Assembly: GCA_963780185.1 (NCBI GenBank) | Contig: CAWABA010000006.1 | Coordinates: forward strand, 64,001-128,000 | DNA length: 64,000 nucleotides | Direction: 5' to 3' | From: Candidatus Bathyarchaeota archaeon | GTDB lineage: Archaea > Thermoproteota > Bathyarchaeia > Bathyarchaeales > Bathycorpusculaceae | The notes under the pieces: model-generated | Told to the model about the DNA's origin: nothing | The model's database searches: none | The model's input: the letters and a program-made list of their open reading frames with translations, nothing else | Shown here: in pieces, positions 11,582 through 22,418 of the stretch | Position numbering within the stretch: position 1 is the stretch's first letter | How the letters are laid out: each line of letters opens with the position of its first letter | Made by a program: the position numbers and the translations under genes

Positions 11582-12241
11582 CTACATGATGAACGAAATC
11601 ATTCTTGCGGCGTCGGCTGCGTCTTCGGCTTTGTCAGCGGAGTTTTCCAGCAGTTGAAGGATGTCTCTTAGCAGCAGAAGCACGGGGACGTCAAGTTTGC
11701 CGTTGAGCACTTTTATGGTTAACGCCCTGTACTGGTCGTCAACTATGCGCTCCGCGATTTCTACGTCTTTGGCTTTTTCAAGGGTTTTCTGCGAGCCGTA
11801 GTTTAGAACCATCATTGTTTCCCTAAGCTTAAGGACGCTGTCTAGGACGGCTGATGACAGTTTAAGCAGGTCTTTTTTTACGTCGGAGGAGAGGCTCCAG
11901 TTATGCTCCATGATTTCCACGAGGTAGTATGCGATGCCTTCGCTGAAGTCGGCTATTTCGCTTGATAAATTGGTGAACCTTAAGAAGTCTTCGCGGGCAA
12001 TCAAGATGGCGCCTATTTCAGACAGTTCTTGAGAGACCATACGTCTTGCTTTAACAACTTCTTCCTCACCTGTTCTGATTTCAGTAAAAAGCCTGCGGAC
12101 ACCGTCTTTGTCGCCGCTTGCAAAGCACTCTACAAGCTGAGGGATTTTTCTTGAGACATCAACTACTTTTCGTAAGTTATCTTGGCAAGCATTCAATGCC
12201 CGTCTCTTTACGCGTTCTTCTGTTTCTGAAGGAAGTACCAA
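11582..12241 (-). CDS. DUF47 / PhoU-like helical protein
   Basis: REDFLR, ERIVDD and LENSADKAEDAAD pattern. Confidence 0.75.
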   Translation of the reverse strand: MVLPSETEERVKRRALNACQDNLRKVVDVSRKIPQLVECFASGDKDGVRRLFTEIRTGEEEVVKARRMVSQELSEIGAILIAREDFLRFTNLSSEIADFSEGIAYYLVEIMEHNWSLSSDVKKDLLKLSSAVLDSVLKLRETMMVLNYGSQKTLEKAKDVEIAERIVDDQYRALTIKVLNGKLDVPVLLLLRDILQLLENSADKAEDAADAARMISFIM

Positions 12242-12314
12242 CGTTTCGCCCCGCCAATAATTGTCCCGAATTTACGATGTAAGTAATTCTGTGTCCATTA
12301 AAAAAGGTAGCTGA

Positions 12315-14091
12315 TTAACTTTCGATTGCGGTGCCTAAATCTTTGAAGTTTATTTTTCCTTGGAAGTAGCAGTGAAGAAGTTCAGGCAAATCTTTAATTG
12401 CCGTCCGCACCTGCAGCCAACTATCTCTATCCCTCACAGTCACGGTTTCTTTCTCCAAAGTTTCGTAGTCGATGGTTATTCCCAGCTGCACACCTGCCTC
12501 GTCTGCCCTCGCGTAGCGTCTGCCGATGGAGCCTGCCTCATCTAAATCCGTCATGAAACCCTCGTTCGCCAGCAGCCTCTGCACTTGAACTGCTTTCGTG
12601 TCCAAGCCATCTTTGCTCATCAACGGGTAAACGCCAACCTGAATCGGCGCAATGGTCCTTGGAAAACTCATGACAACCCTGTCTTCTTTTATGCCGTACG
12701 CATACTCCAACGCGACATAGAAGAGTCTGTCTGAGCCGAAGCTGGGTTCCACCACGTGCGGTATGAATCGTGTGCCGCGGACAATGGTTTTTTGAACTGC
12801 CGATGTCGACTTGGTCAGGTTTGATTTCGTAGTTTTCAACCGCGAAGAAACCTTGATTCTTCATGGCGTCGGCTACTTCCTGAGCGGGAGCGTTAGCGAG
12901 TAGGGCGGCGACTTTTGCGGCTTCTCCCTTGTAGACGGGACCAAGCTTTGCCATTATGGGTTTGACAACAAGCATTTCCTTCTCTACGGGGTTAGCGTAT
13001 TCTTTGTAGACGGTCATGTCTACGCCGCTTGCTTGCATGTGGCATTTTAAATCGTAGTCTGTTCGGTAAGCGTGACCTGAGACTTCTACCCAACCCCAAC
13101 GGTCAACGAGCACTTCCTGGTCGAAGCTTTGGCTTGAATAATGGGCTTTTTCCCAATTTAATTTTTCAATGAACCGCTGCTTCTCCGCTGGAACCCCAAG
13201 GTCCACCAAGAGCTTTTTCGCCATCGCCATGAAGAACGCTTGCCACTCGCTGCGGATTACTTTGCGGTCAAGTGCCTCCCGAACCGTCATGTTCGTGGTG
13301 TCTTCGCATTCTTTGAGTCTGGTTTCGCAGAGCAGAATAGGCAACACTTCGTTTTCTACTTCTGAAAGCCTATAGCACGCTGGCTCTTCAGGGTCAAAGA
13401 AAAACTCTAAGTCTGAAATAGTGAATTCCCTAAGCCTAATCAATCCCTGTCGGGGCGAAATCTCGTTGCGCAGTGCGTGACCAATATTTATGACGCCGAA
13501 GGGAAGCTTTTCCCGTGCGCCAGTGTAGAGGCGGTTGAATTCGACGAAGATGTTCTGTGCAGCTTCAGGTCTTCCGTAACCGACGGAACCCGAGTATGGG
13601 CCGATGGTGGTTTCGAACATGGTTAAGTAACGTTGGGGTTCGCCGAATTTGCCGCTGCAATCGGGGCAAACTATCTCGTGGCGCTCGATTTCTTTTTTGA
13701 TTTCGTCTAAATTCATTTTTTCTGCTTCTGCGGAGCTTATGCCTTTTTCTTCCAGCAGATGGTCAGCTCGGAAACGGGTATGACAGTTTTGGCACTCAAC
13801 CATCGGCTCTTTGAAGTGGTCCACGTGACCTGAGGCTTCAAAAACTTTCGCTGGTGCAATAATGGATGACTCCATTTCGTAAATGCCAATTTTCTTGACG
13901 AAAAGCTCTCTAAGCTTGGCTTCAACATTCTGTTTCAGTCTGGCGCCTAGCGGTCCGTAGGTTACGAAGCCGCCGCTTCCGCCGTAAATTTCGAAGGATG
14001 GCCAGAAAAATCCTCTGCGACGTGCCAACTCGTTGATGGCTGTGAATTTGTCGCATTCTGGTTTTGAACATTTAACTTCGTCTTTGCTCAA
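12315..14091 (-). CDS. glyS: Glycine--tRNA ligase, frameshift near 12800
   Basis: RRGFFWPSFEIYGG, RPEAAQ, RNEISPRQGLIRLREF, PHVVEPSFG and anticodon-binding SIGRRYARADE. Confidence 0.95.
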
Positions 14092-14347
14092 CTGTCTTTA
14101 CCTTTTTTTAGCTATTGTAGCAAGTAGATTAAAAGGTTACTAGCAGTTAACCTTGGTTATTCAAGCGATAGACTGGAGAATTTCTGAAAACTTTAGTCAA
14201 GCTTCTCTAAACCGAATTAGCATATGAACTCATGATATGGAGTTTTGAGTTTAATTGCAAGTCCACAAACTAAATTAGCCACTGATAGCTTTACATTGAT
14301 TGTGCCGCTACGGCGATTTAGACCAACTTCCAAGGGGCGATTTGAAA

Positions 14348-16201
14348 ATGGCTCCTACATATGACCGCATACTTATTTTGCAGGTTGACGATGACTTGTC
14401 CATCATAGATTTTTCGAAGCAGATTTTAATGGATATGGGTAGCTTCGATGTTGACCATGCATGTTGTGTTGATGAAGCTTTCAAAAAACTGGCAATTAGA
14501 CATTATGATGTTGTTGTTTCTGACTATGAACTGCCACAGAAAGATGGACTGCAATTCCTAAAGGAGTTGCGTGAACAAAAAAACGAAACCCCTTTCATAT
14601 TATTTACTGGGAAAGGCAGAGAAGAAGTAGCCATAAAAGCGCTAAACCTTGGTGCTGACGGCTACGTAAACAAACAAGGCACCCCCGAAATAATCTACGG
14701 CGAACTATCACATACCATAAGACAAGTAGTTGAACACAATAAGACAAAAAAAGAGTTGCGAGAACGAGATATCCGATTGGCGAAGCTGGCTTCTCAAATA
14801 CCCGGAATGCTATACCAATTGATGAGGCGACCTGATGGCACATACTGCGTACCTTACGCCTCTGCTGCCATACGTAACCTTTTTGGTTGTTCACCACAAG
14901 ATGTGCGCGAGGACTTTTCCCCAATTGTCCGAGTAATAGTCTCTGAAGATTTGGATCGCGTAGTTCGTTCCATTGATCATTCTGCTATGCACATGACGAT
15001 TTGGCAATGTGAGTTTCGCGTGCAACTTCCTGGTCAGCAAATCCATTGGATATGGGGACAGTCTACACCGGAGAGACTGGGCGATGGCAGCATTATCTGG
15101 AATGGCTACAATACAGACATTAGTGAACGCAAAAAAATTGAAGAGGCACTGAAAATGGCTGCAAATATTTTTGATTTAGATACAGACTTGATTTTTGTTC
15201 ATGATACAGAAGGAGACATTGTCAACTTCAACGAGGCAGCTTACACGTTGGGCGGCTATACCATGGACGAAATGGCAAAAATGAATGTTCGCGACTTAAA
15301 TGCACCTGACTCTGCTGCTCTATTTGAGTCTGTGGTCAAGCTGTTGCTTGAGACAGGCAGCGCAGTTTACGACTCTATTTATGTACGCAAAGACAAAACC
15401 TTGTTGCCGACAGAAATCCATGCCCGCACATTTGATTCGGAAGGAAAAAAACTAATCCTTAGCGTAGCCAGAGACATCACTGAACGCAAAAAAGCTGAAG
15501 AAAAATTGAACCAGATGATGGATCAATTGGTGTTGGTTAATGAAAAACTGGGGGTTGTGGGCGAAATGACTAGGCATGATGCTCGCAACAAGCTTTCAGC
15601 GGTGACTGGATATTCGTATTTGATCAAGAAGAAACATGCGGATCAAGCAGATATTCTTGAGGGACTTGGAAAAATGGAGCAGGCTGTTAAGGAAATTTCG
15701 AACATTTTTGACTTCGCCAAAATGTACGAGCAGATAGGCGTGGAAGAACTAACTTACATCGATGTTGAAGAGACACTAAACGATGCGGTAGCCCTCTTTT
15801 CGGGGCCTATTCCAAAAGTAATAAATGAATGCCAAGGATTAATGGTTCTTTCAGATTCTTTTCTGAGGCAGATGTTCTTCAATTTGATTGAAGACACGAG
15901 AAAATACGGCAGAAAGACCACGACAATACGGGTATATTTTGAGAAAGCTGAGTCAGGTAAGTTGCAGCTTATTTACACAGACGATGGTGTCGGCATTTCT
16001 GCGGAGAATAAACCGAGGCTTTTCACAGAGGGATACAGCACCGGAGGCAGCACAGGCTTCGGTTTGTTTTTAATAAAAAAGATGACCGAAATTTATGGCT
16101 GGAACATTCAAGAAACTGGAGAACCTGAAAAAGGCGCGAAATTCACTATAACTATCCCCAAAATAAACAAAAATGGAAAAGAAGGGTACAAAATTGAGTA
16201 A
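14348..16201 (+). CDS. Hybrid sensor kinase REC-PAS-PAS-HisKA-HATPase
   Basis: VDDD...SDYELP...FTGKG receiver, two PAS/PAC (NTDISERK, RDITERK), RHDARN, DDGVG and GFGL. The ATG at 14348 is preferred over the ORF-track start at 14300. Confidence 0.9.
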   Translation: MAPTYDRILILQVDDDLSIIDFSKQILMDMGSFDVDHACCVDEAFKKLAIRHYDVVVSDYELPQKDGLQFLKELREQKNETPFILFTGKGREEVAIKALNLGADGYVNKQGTPEIIYGELSHTIRQVVEHNKTKKELRERDIRLAKLASQIPGMLYQLMRRPDGTYCVPYASAAIRNLFGCSPQDVREDFSPIVRVIVSEDLDRVVRSIDHSAMHMTIWQCEFRVQLPGQQIHWIWGQSTPERLGDGSIIWNGYNTDISERKKIEEALKMAANIFDLDTDLIFVHDTEGDIVNFNEAAYTLGGYTMDEMAKMNVRDLNAPDSAALFESVVKLLLETGSAVYDSIYVRKDKTLLPTEIHARTFDSEGKKLILSVARDITERKKAEEKLNQMMDQLVLVNEKLGVVGEMTRHDARNKLSAVTGYSYLIKKKHADQADILEGLGKMEQAVKEISNIFDFAKMYEQIGVEELTYIDVEETLNDAVALFSGPIPKVINECQGLMVLSDSFLRQMFFNLIEDTRKYGRKTTTIRVYFEKAESGKLQLIYTDDGVGISAENKPRLFTEGYSTGGSTGFGLFLIKKMTEIYGWNIQETGEPEKGAKFTITIPKINKNGKEGYKIE

Positions 16202-16329
16202 CGAAATAATTCCTAAAAGCGAGCGAGATCGCATTTTATTCTCAATTGGTCTTCCTATTTCGCTAAAGAATTATTATTTTGTTTTGTCATTATTTTGCTG
16301 TAACCAAAAGACTGGAAAGAGGGTTTTAA

Positions 16330-17346
16330 TTGCCAAATAACGTGCTTATTGTTGATGATGATGCAGAAGTAAGAACTTTGCTCACTTCAATTCTGAAAGA
16401 TGAAGGATATTCAGTTGACGCTGTGGAAAATGGCCAAAACGCTGTCGAAACCTGCAAGAAATTGCAATTTGACGCTGCCCTTATAGATATCGACCTGCCG
16501 GATATGAAAGGAATTCAACTGCTTAGCATACTGAAAAAGATTCAGCCTAGCATGGTCAAAATAATCATCACAGGTCACCCTTCAATTGAAAACGCTGTGA
16601 AAGCAGTTAACGAAAAAGCCGACGGATATTTATTGAAGCCTTTCGATGCAGTCGAATTGCTGGAAACAATAAAAGAACTCATTGCAGAGAAAAATAAAGA
16701 GACCAGTAGGATGAACATTCTTTTCATGGGTGCGCACCCTGATGATGTTGAACTTGGATGCGGTGGCACATTAATCAAGCATGTACAAAACGGCAATAAA
16801 GTGTATGTCTTGGTTTTTACGGATGGCGAAGAAGGAAAAGGCGGAAATTGTGGATTGGACAGAATTCAGGAAAGCACTCAAGCTCTTACATATGCAGGTG
16901 TACCGTTAACTAATATAAAATTTTTACATTTTCCAGATACGGGCTTGTGGCAGGAACGACAAAAAGTAATGAACGCAATAACCGATGTCTGCGAAGAATT
17001 TCAAATACAAATCGTCTACACACATTCTAACAAGGCGTATCATCAAGATCATGTAACTATCTACGACGAGACTATGAGAGGCGCCAAGAAAGCAACGGGC
17101 ATACTGGCTTACGAAACTCATGGGGGTATGAATCCCTTCTTTTCACCCACATTCTTTGTTGATATAGGCGATGTTATAGATAAAAAAATCGCGATGCTTA
17201 AGTTTCATCAGTCACAAATTTCCAAAAACTACCTTAATGTTGAATCCGTTATAGCCCTTGCACAATTTAGATCCTCGCAATCCGAAGAATTTCATTACGC
17301 AGAAGCCTTCGAAGTAATCAAAATGAGCGCGCAGTGGGGATGGTAG
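16330..17346 (+). CDS. Response-regulator receiver fused to PIG-L/LmbE-family de-N-acetylase
   Basis: IVDDD, DIDLPDMKG and YLLKP, then AHPDDVELGCGG and HQDH in one uninterrupted frame. Confidence 0.85.
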   Translation: MPNNVLIVDDDAEVRTLLTSILKDEGYSVDAVENGQNAVETCKKLQFDAALIDIDLPDMKGIQLLSILKKIQPSMVKIIITGHPSIENAVKAVNEKADGYLLKPFDAVELLETIKELIAEKNKETSRMNILFMGAHPDDVELGCGGTLIKHVQNGNKVYVLVFTDGEEGKGGNCGLDRIQESTQALTYAGVPLTNIKFLHFPDTGLWQERQKVMNAITDVCEEFQIQIVYTHSNKAYHQDHVTIYDETMRGAKKATGILAYETHGGMNPFFSPTFFVDIGDVIDKKIAMLKFHQSQISKNYLNVESVIALAQFRSSQSEEFHYAEAFEVIKMSAQWGW

Positions 17347-17350
17347 CAAA

Positions 17351-18301
17351 ATGAAGATCTTGGTTACCGGCGCGGGGGGACCCGCAGGTGTGTGCACAAT
17401 AAAAGCTTTGAAGAAAACGCATTTTGTTGTGGCTGTTGATGTGGATAACCTTGCTTCTGGCTTATATCTTGCAAAACACGCACACATAGTTCCTCCTGCA
17501 AACGACAAAGAATTCCTCTCCAAGACTTTAGAAGTGTGCCGTAAAGAAAAAATTTCTTTGGTTATTCCAACAGTCAGCGAAGAATTGATACATTTTTCAA
17601 AAAACATCGAACTTTTCGAGCAGGAAAACATCCGAGTTGCTGTTTCAAACCCAAAATCTATTGAAATCGCAAATAACAAACTGAATACCTATAACTTTTT
17701 TAAGGGTGAACCTTACTGCCCAGAAGTATTCTCCGTTCTGAATGCAAGATTCCCATGCGTGGTTAAACCGGTTAACTCAAGAGGTTCTCGCGGATTCTAT
17801 ATTTGCGATAACAAGGCTGCTTTGGAGGTAGCATTACAGAAAAACGGAAGAGAATATCAAGAATCCATTGTTATGGAATACTTGAAAGGGGATGAGTACT
17901 CCGTTTACGGGTTATCGGATTTGAAGGGTCAACCATTGGTTTCAGTTGCAAATAAGAGAATTAGAGCTGTAGGCGAATCAAAAATAGCGAAAACCGTTTT
18001 AAACCTCGAAATCAGCAAATTAGCAAATAAAATTGCACAGAAGCTAAATTTAGTTGGACCGTGGAATGTGCAACTAATGGGTTTTGAGGGTTCGTTCAAA
18101 CTTGTTGAAGTTAACCCGAGGGTTGCCGGTTCCTTGTCGTTGGTTATTGCGTCTGGTCTGAACTACATCGATTTAGTGATAAAAGTTTTCACTGGAGAAA
18201 AAATCTGTAACGATGAGCTCAAGTACACTCCTGACATCATAATGACTAGGTACAACGAGGAAATATTTCTAAAATCTGACGCGGTTATCCCTCTTGTTTG
18301 A
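17351..18301 (+). CDS. ATP-grasp domain ligase (carbamoyl-phosphate-synthase-like)
   Basis: VTGAGG, VVKPVNSRGSRG, MEYLKGDEYSV, EVNPR. Confidence 0.85.
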   Translation: MKILVTGAGGPAGVCTIKALKKTHFVVAVDVDNLASGLYLAKHAHIVPPANDKEFLSKTLEVCRKEKISLVIPTVSEELIHFSKNIELFEQENIRVAVSNPKSIEIANNKLNTYNFFKGEPYCPEVFSVLNARFPCVVKPVNSRGSRGFYICDNKAALEVALQKNGREYQESIVMEYLKGDEYSVYGLSDLKGQPLVSVANKRIRAVGESKIAKTVLNLEISKLANKIAQKLNLVGPWNVQLMGFEGSFKLVEVNPRVAGSLSLVIASGLNYIDLVIKVFTGEKICNDELKYTPDIIMTRYNEEIFLKSDAVIPLV

Positions 18302-19736
18302 CATAATCATAAACTCATTGTTATTTTTAGGTTACATAGTAATCATCCTTTTGTTATTTTTAATGTGTTTAGCACCTTTGAATAAGCTAAGGTACAGAAA
18401 TTTCAAGCCTGATAAGTCGTATGAACCAACGTTTTCATTAATAGTGCCTGCTCACAACGAAGAAGATGTAATAGCAAGGACAATAGAACAGTTTCTAAAA
18501 ACAGATTACCCGTCAGATAAAAAAGAAATTATAGTAGTAAACGACGGTTCAAAAGATAGGACTCAGGAAATCGTACAAAAATACGCATCAAAAATTATAG
18601 ATTCAGATACTGGTAACATTCAAATGGCGAATTCTAATTTTAAAAATGTCATACTAGTTAATCGAAAAGTGGGCGGGAAGGGGAAAGCTTACGTTGTGAA
18701 TGATGGAAGAAAATATTCGTGTGGAGAAATACTGTTTTTTATAGATGCTGATGTTCAGCTTACTGAAAATGTTTTCAGCATTGCCGCCGGACATTTTAGT
18801 AACGGAAAAGTTGGGGCTGTCGCTGGATATGTCGAAGTTTCCGAGAAAAAGGCGATATTGAATAAATTCGTTGACTTCGAATCCGCAACGGCTCAAAAAA
18901 TCACGAGGCGAGGATTTGATACAATAGGCGTTCATTACATCATACCTGGCGGCTGTGCTATCTTCCGAAAAGAAGTTGTAGACCAGGTTGGAGGTTATCA
19001 ACACGATACCCTGGCTGAAGACACTGATATCACTTGGAGAATTGCAACTGAAACAAAAGTAGACATTCATTTTGACCCTTCTATAGTTGTCATAGCTGAT
19101 GAACCAACAACATTTATGGGCTTATGGAATCAGAGGGTCAGGTGGGCAAGAGGAAATATTAGCGTCACACTTAAGCATAAAAATAAAATAGGTAAACGAA
19201 GATTTGGAAAAGCTGCAACCATCGGATACCCCTTTTGGCTAGCTATCGTAGCTGCGCCCCTTGCTTTCATTTTCACATCGTTGGGCTTGATTCTTGGAAT
19301 TTTATTAAACGTCAATATGACATTAATTTCAACATTAGGCAGATTTGTACCATTTGCGTTCTTGGGCACTTTAATTGGCGGCATAGCTGTAAACAAGGGC
19401 AAATCATGGTTTGGTGGGTTCATGTCTCCCGGCGTGCCCCTTTTAATTGCTTTGTTTTCTAATTTATTTTATTCTGATGGCATCAAAGGATTATTGACTA
19501 CTTTTGGTTATGCTTCCTACGCAAGCCTTGTTGGCCTTTTGTTTGTTTTCTGGATTTTTTTATCTGTGCCGGGCACTTGGCTTTCATTGAGGATATCAAA
19601 GAAGCATCCGAAGTTGGCTGATTTTCTGCAACTTGGGCTTTTCGGCTATTGGATACTGCTAATCTCAAGTGTTTTATATGGCTATTTTAAGGAGCTAAGA
19701 AGAGAGGACATGGTATGGATAAGGACTGAAAGGTGA
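18294..19736 (+). CDS. GT2 processive glycosyltransferase (PgaC/IcaA/cellulose-synthase-like)
   Basis: VPAHNEE, DGS, DAD, AEDTD, QRVRW (QxxRW) and multiple C-terminal TM helices. Confidence 0.9.
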   Translation: MFDIIINSLLFLGYIVIILLLFLMCLAPLNKLRYRNFKPDKSYEPTFSLIVPAHNEEDVIARTIEQFLKTDYPSDKKEIIVVNDGSKDRTQEIVQKYASKIIDSDTGNIQMANSNFKNVILVNRKVGGKGKAYVVNDGRKYSCGEILFFIDADVQLTENVFSIAAGHFSNGKVGAVAGYVEVSEKKAILNKFVDFESATAQKITRRGFDTIGVHYIIPGGCAIFRKEVVDQVGGYQHDTLAEDTDITWRIATETKVDIHFDPSIVVIADEPTTFMGLWNQRVRWARGNISVTLKHKNKIGKRRFGKAATIGYPFWLAIVAAPLAFIFTSLGLILGILLNVNMTLISTLGRFVPFAFLGTLIGGIAVNKGKSWFGGFMSPGVPLLIALFSNLFYSDGIKGLLTTFGYASYASLVGLLFVFWIFLSVPGTWLSLRISKKHPKLADFLQLGLFGYWILLISSVLYGYFKELRREDMVWIRTER

Positions 19737-19740
19737 CCAA

Positions 19741-20307
19741 ATGGACGATTATCATATCCACACCAAAGTTACGGATGGCAAGGCTGCTCCTGAGGACATT
19801 ATAAAGATGGCAAAGTTGCTTAATGTAAAAACGATTGCGTTTACTGAGCACATTTCGAAGAATCCTACTTATGACTGGTTTGCCTTCAAAGAAGAAATAA
19901 CCACCCTTAACCATGCTGGAGTAGAGGTGCTGGTTGGTGTAGAAGCAAAGGTCTTGAATGAAGCTGGCGACCTAAATGTGAACGATGACGTGATGCGGTC
20001 AGCTGACATAGTACTGGGTGCATGCCACGGCGAGGGCAAAGTAGAATGGCTTCTAAAATCCACGTGCGATATTATAGCACACCCTCAGATAGATCATGCC
20101 AACATCGAAAAATTCATAAATTGTAAGAAAACTTTGGAAATTAACTCAAAACACAGGCTTCCCTTTGATATCTTAGACAAGTTAATTGTAGATACAAAGA
20201 ACGTTTTCTCATTCGGGTCAGATACACATAGTATCGAAGATTTTGTTGCTGCCCAAAACTATTTTGCGAACATAATAAAGAGATACCCTAAAATTAACCT
20301 TGTTTGA
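19741..20307 (+). CDS. PHP-domain phosphoesterase
   Basis: DYHIHT, FTEH, GVEA, AHP, GSDTH. Confidence 0.85.
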   Translation: MDDYHIHTKVTDGKAAPEDIIKMAKLLNVKTIAFTEHISKNPTYDWFAFKEEITTLNHAGVEVLVGVEAKVLNEAGDLNVNDDVMRSADIVLGACHGEGKVEWLLKSTCDIIAHPQIDHANIEKFINCKKTLEINSKHRLPFDILDKLIVDTKNVFSFGSDTHSIEDFVAAQNYFANIIKRYPKINLV

Positions 20308-20552
20308 CGCCATTTTTCGATGTTTTCCCTACAAACTCACTAATTTCACATTGAAAAAACACCCCTAAGCATGTTGAAAAGCGCCATTTCCACATAGAAA
20401 GTGCGGGTAGCAAATGTATGTTGAAGTATGTTGTTTCATAGTTGGTGCCTATTAGGTGCATCTAGTTGACCGGGAGGGTGAGGTTGCATTCAAACGCAAA
20501 CGGGGTCGGATGCTGTTTTTATGTGTCTATTTGGCTCATCTTAGATGTCCCT

Positions 20553-20573
20553 ATTTGGATCATCTAGAAAACC
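20553..20573. repeat. 21-bp dispersed repeat, copy 2
   Basis: Identical to 4166..4186 and preceded by a degenerate copy ctatttggctcatcttaga at about 20527. Confidence 0.85.
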
Positions 20574-20714
20574 GTAGAGGGGCCGGGTACAAAAAAGGAA
20601 AACCGTACAGCCAGAGATATCCATTTTTTCGAAGTCATAAACCCTTTAATTTGTTCCGTGGAAACGCTTAAAACCATCTAATCGTATTTAGCGGTTGAAC
20701 AGGAGAAATGTGTT

Positions 20715-22091
20715 TTGGGTTCGTCAGATAAGCGTAAACCGACAGTGGATGAGTTGCTTGCGAAAGCCAAGAGACCCGCTCAGCTTTCTTCGCCGATGCA
20801 TAGGTTCTACGAGGGGAAAATGCAGGTTATCCCAAAATGCGCTATTCGAAGCGTCGACGACTTCGCCATCTGGTACACGCCGGGCGTAGCGGCGCCATGC
20901 AGGGAAATCCAAGCAGACCCAGACAAATCCTTTGAATTAACCAACCGATGGAACTCCGTTGCTGTGGTTTCAGACGGAACCCGCGTTTTAGGCTTAGGAG
21001 ACATCGGACCTGAAGCCGCGTTGCCTGTGATGGAGGGAAAAGCACTCATATTCAAGTATCTGGGCGGGGTGGACGCGTTTCCGATTTGCCTAAGAACTAA
21101 GGATCCTGATGAAATAGTGAAGATTTGCAAGGCTTTAGAGCCGTCTTTCGGCGGCATCAACCTTGAAGATATTGAAAAACCCAAATGCTTCCACGTTCTT
21201 GAAAGCGCCTCCGAGCAACTCAATATTCCCGTGTGGCATGACGATCAACAGGGCACCGCCACGGTGATTTTGGCAGGGTTAATGAACGCCTTCAAGATTG
21301 TAGGCAAGAAACCGCAGGAGAGCCTAATCACGCTGGTAGGGTCAGGTGCAGCCAACATCCGTACGGCTTACGTGCTTATGAAGTGGGGAGTTAAACCCGG
21401 CAACATAATTCTAGCCGACAGCAAAGGCGTCGTAGACAAGAGCCGAAAAGACATTACAAAAGAAGAAGACCCATGGAAATACGATGTGACCCAGAAAACC
21501 AACGCGGAAGGAAGAGTAGGCGGCATAGAGGAAGCATTCAAAGGCGTCGACGCAGTTGTCGCAGCCTCAAAACCGGGACCAGGCACAATCAAGAAAGAAT
21601 GGGTCAAATCTATGGCTCAAAACGCAATAATCTTTGCCTGCGCGAACCCGATACCTGAAATTTGGCCTTGGGAAGCCGAGGAAGCAGGAGCCCGAATTGT
21701 AGCCACAGGCAGAAGCGACTTCCCAAACCAAGTCAACAACAGCTTAGGGTTCCCAGCCATCTTTAGAGGCGTGTTGGATGTGCGAGCAAGAGGCGTGACG
21801 GACAGCATGTGCATCGCAGCCGCAAAGGAACTCGCAAGCTACGCTGAAGAGCGGGGCATGAGCGAAACGGATATTTTGCCGAAGATGGATGAGTGGGAAG
21901 TTTTCCCGCGGGAAGCCGTTGCATGCGCCCTTAAATCGATCGAGGACGGCGTTGCAAGAATTAAGCCGTCAAGGCAGGAACTGTTTGACCGCGCCACAGC
22001 CATAATCCAAAACGCTCGGCAATCAACAGAGCTGCTGATGAAACACGGTTTAATCAAGCAGCCGCCAGACGAAAGCAAACTCGTCAAATAG
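20715..22091 (+). CDS. NAD(P)-dependent malic enzyme
   Basis: YTPGVA, DGTRVLGLGDIG, NLEDI, HDDQQGT, GSGAA, ANP, ATGRSDFPNQVNN. Confidence 0.95.
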   Translation: MGSSDKRKPTVDELLAKAKRPAQLSSPMHRFYEGKMQVIPKCAIRSVDDFAIWYTPGVAAPCREIQADPDKSFELTNRWNSVAVVSDGTRVLGLGDIGPEAALPVMEGKALIFKYLGGVDAFPICLRTKDPDEIVKICKALEPSFGGINLEDIEKPKCFHVLESASEQLNIPVWHDDQQGTATVILAGLMNAFKIVGKKPQESLITLVGSGAANIRTAYVLMKWGVKPGNIILADSKGVVDKSRKDITKEEDPWKYDVTQKTNAEGRVGGIEEAFKGVDAVVAASKPGPGTIKKEWVKSMAQNAIIFACANPIPEIWPWEAEEAGARIVATGRSDFPNQVNNSLGFPAIFRGVLDVRARGVTDSMCIAAAKELASYAEERGMSETDILPKMDEWEVFPREAVACALKSIEDGVARIKPSRQELFDRATAIIQNARQSTELLMKHGLIKQPPDESKLVK

Positions 22092-22203
22092 CGTCGATCC
22101 CGGTTTTCCAGGCGAAAAATCAGTCGCCCTGCTTGCCGAGCAGCAGGAGAAATCCAATCCCCTCAAACCGATTGGCGCTTAAAAAACGCAGCGCCCTTAA
22201 GCC

Positions 22204-22351
22204 GCCCATATCCGACAATAACTTCAACATGGAGTCAACATGCAAAGTCGCAACCCGCCCATCCCAAAGTCGCAACGCAAAAGCAGAAGCCAAGCCTAAA
22301 CCAAAAAAGCAACCCAAAACACAAAAAACCACCCGCGAAAGTCGCAACTTA
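22204..22351. repeat. Dispersed intergenic repeat with AAAGTCGCA motifs, copy 1
   Basis: Colinear with about 62568..62712 (CGACAATAACTTCAACAT, AAAGTCGCA, CCAAGCCTAAACCAAAAAA, CAACCCAAAACACAAA). Confidence 0.85.
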
Positions 22352-22418
22352 AAAAATAAACCAAAAATCAAACAATAATGCAGAAAAGAAACTGCTTTGA
22401 ACAAAAAAATAAAAAAAT

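Noticed and set aside
12780-12840. Programmed frameshift in glyS
   Set aside because: Similar single indels occur in many unrelated genes, so sequencing error is the simpler explanation.
22244-22347. AAAGTCGCAA repeats as a CRISPR array
   Set aside because: The repeat is only 9-10 bp, spacing is irregular, spacers are similar between loci and no cas genes are present.
22133-22378. ORFs 22133..22378 and 62640..62879 sharing KPKPKKQPKTQ
   Set aside because: The similarity comes from the shared DNA repeat. Starts and ends differ, and conservation follows DNA boxes rather than codons.
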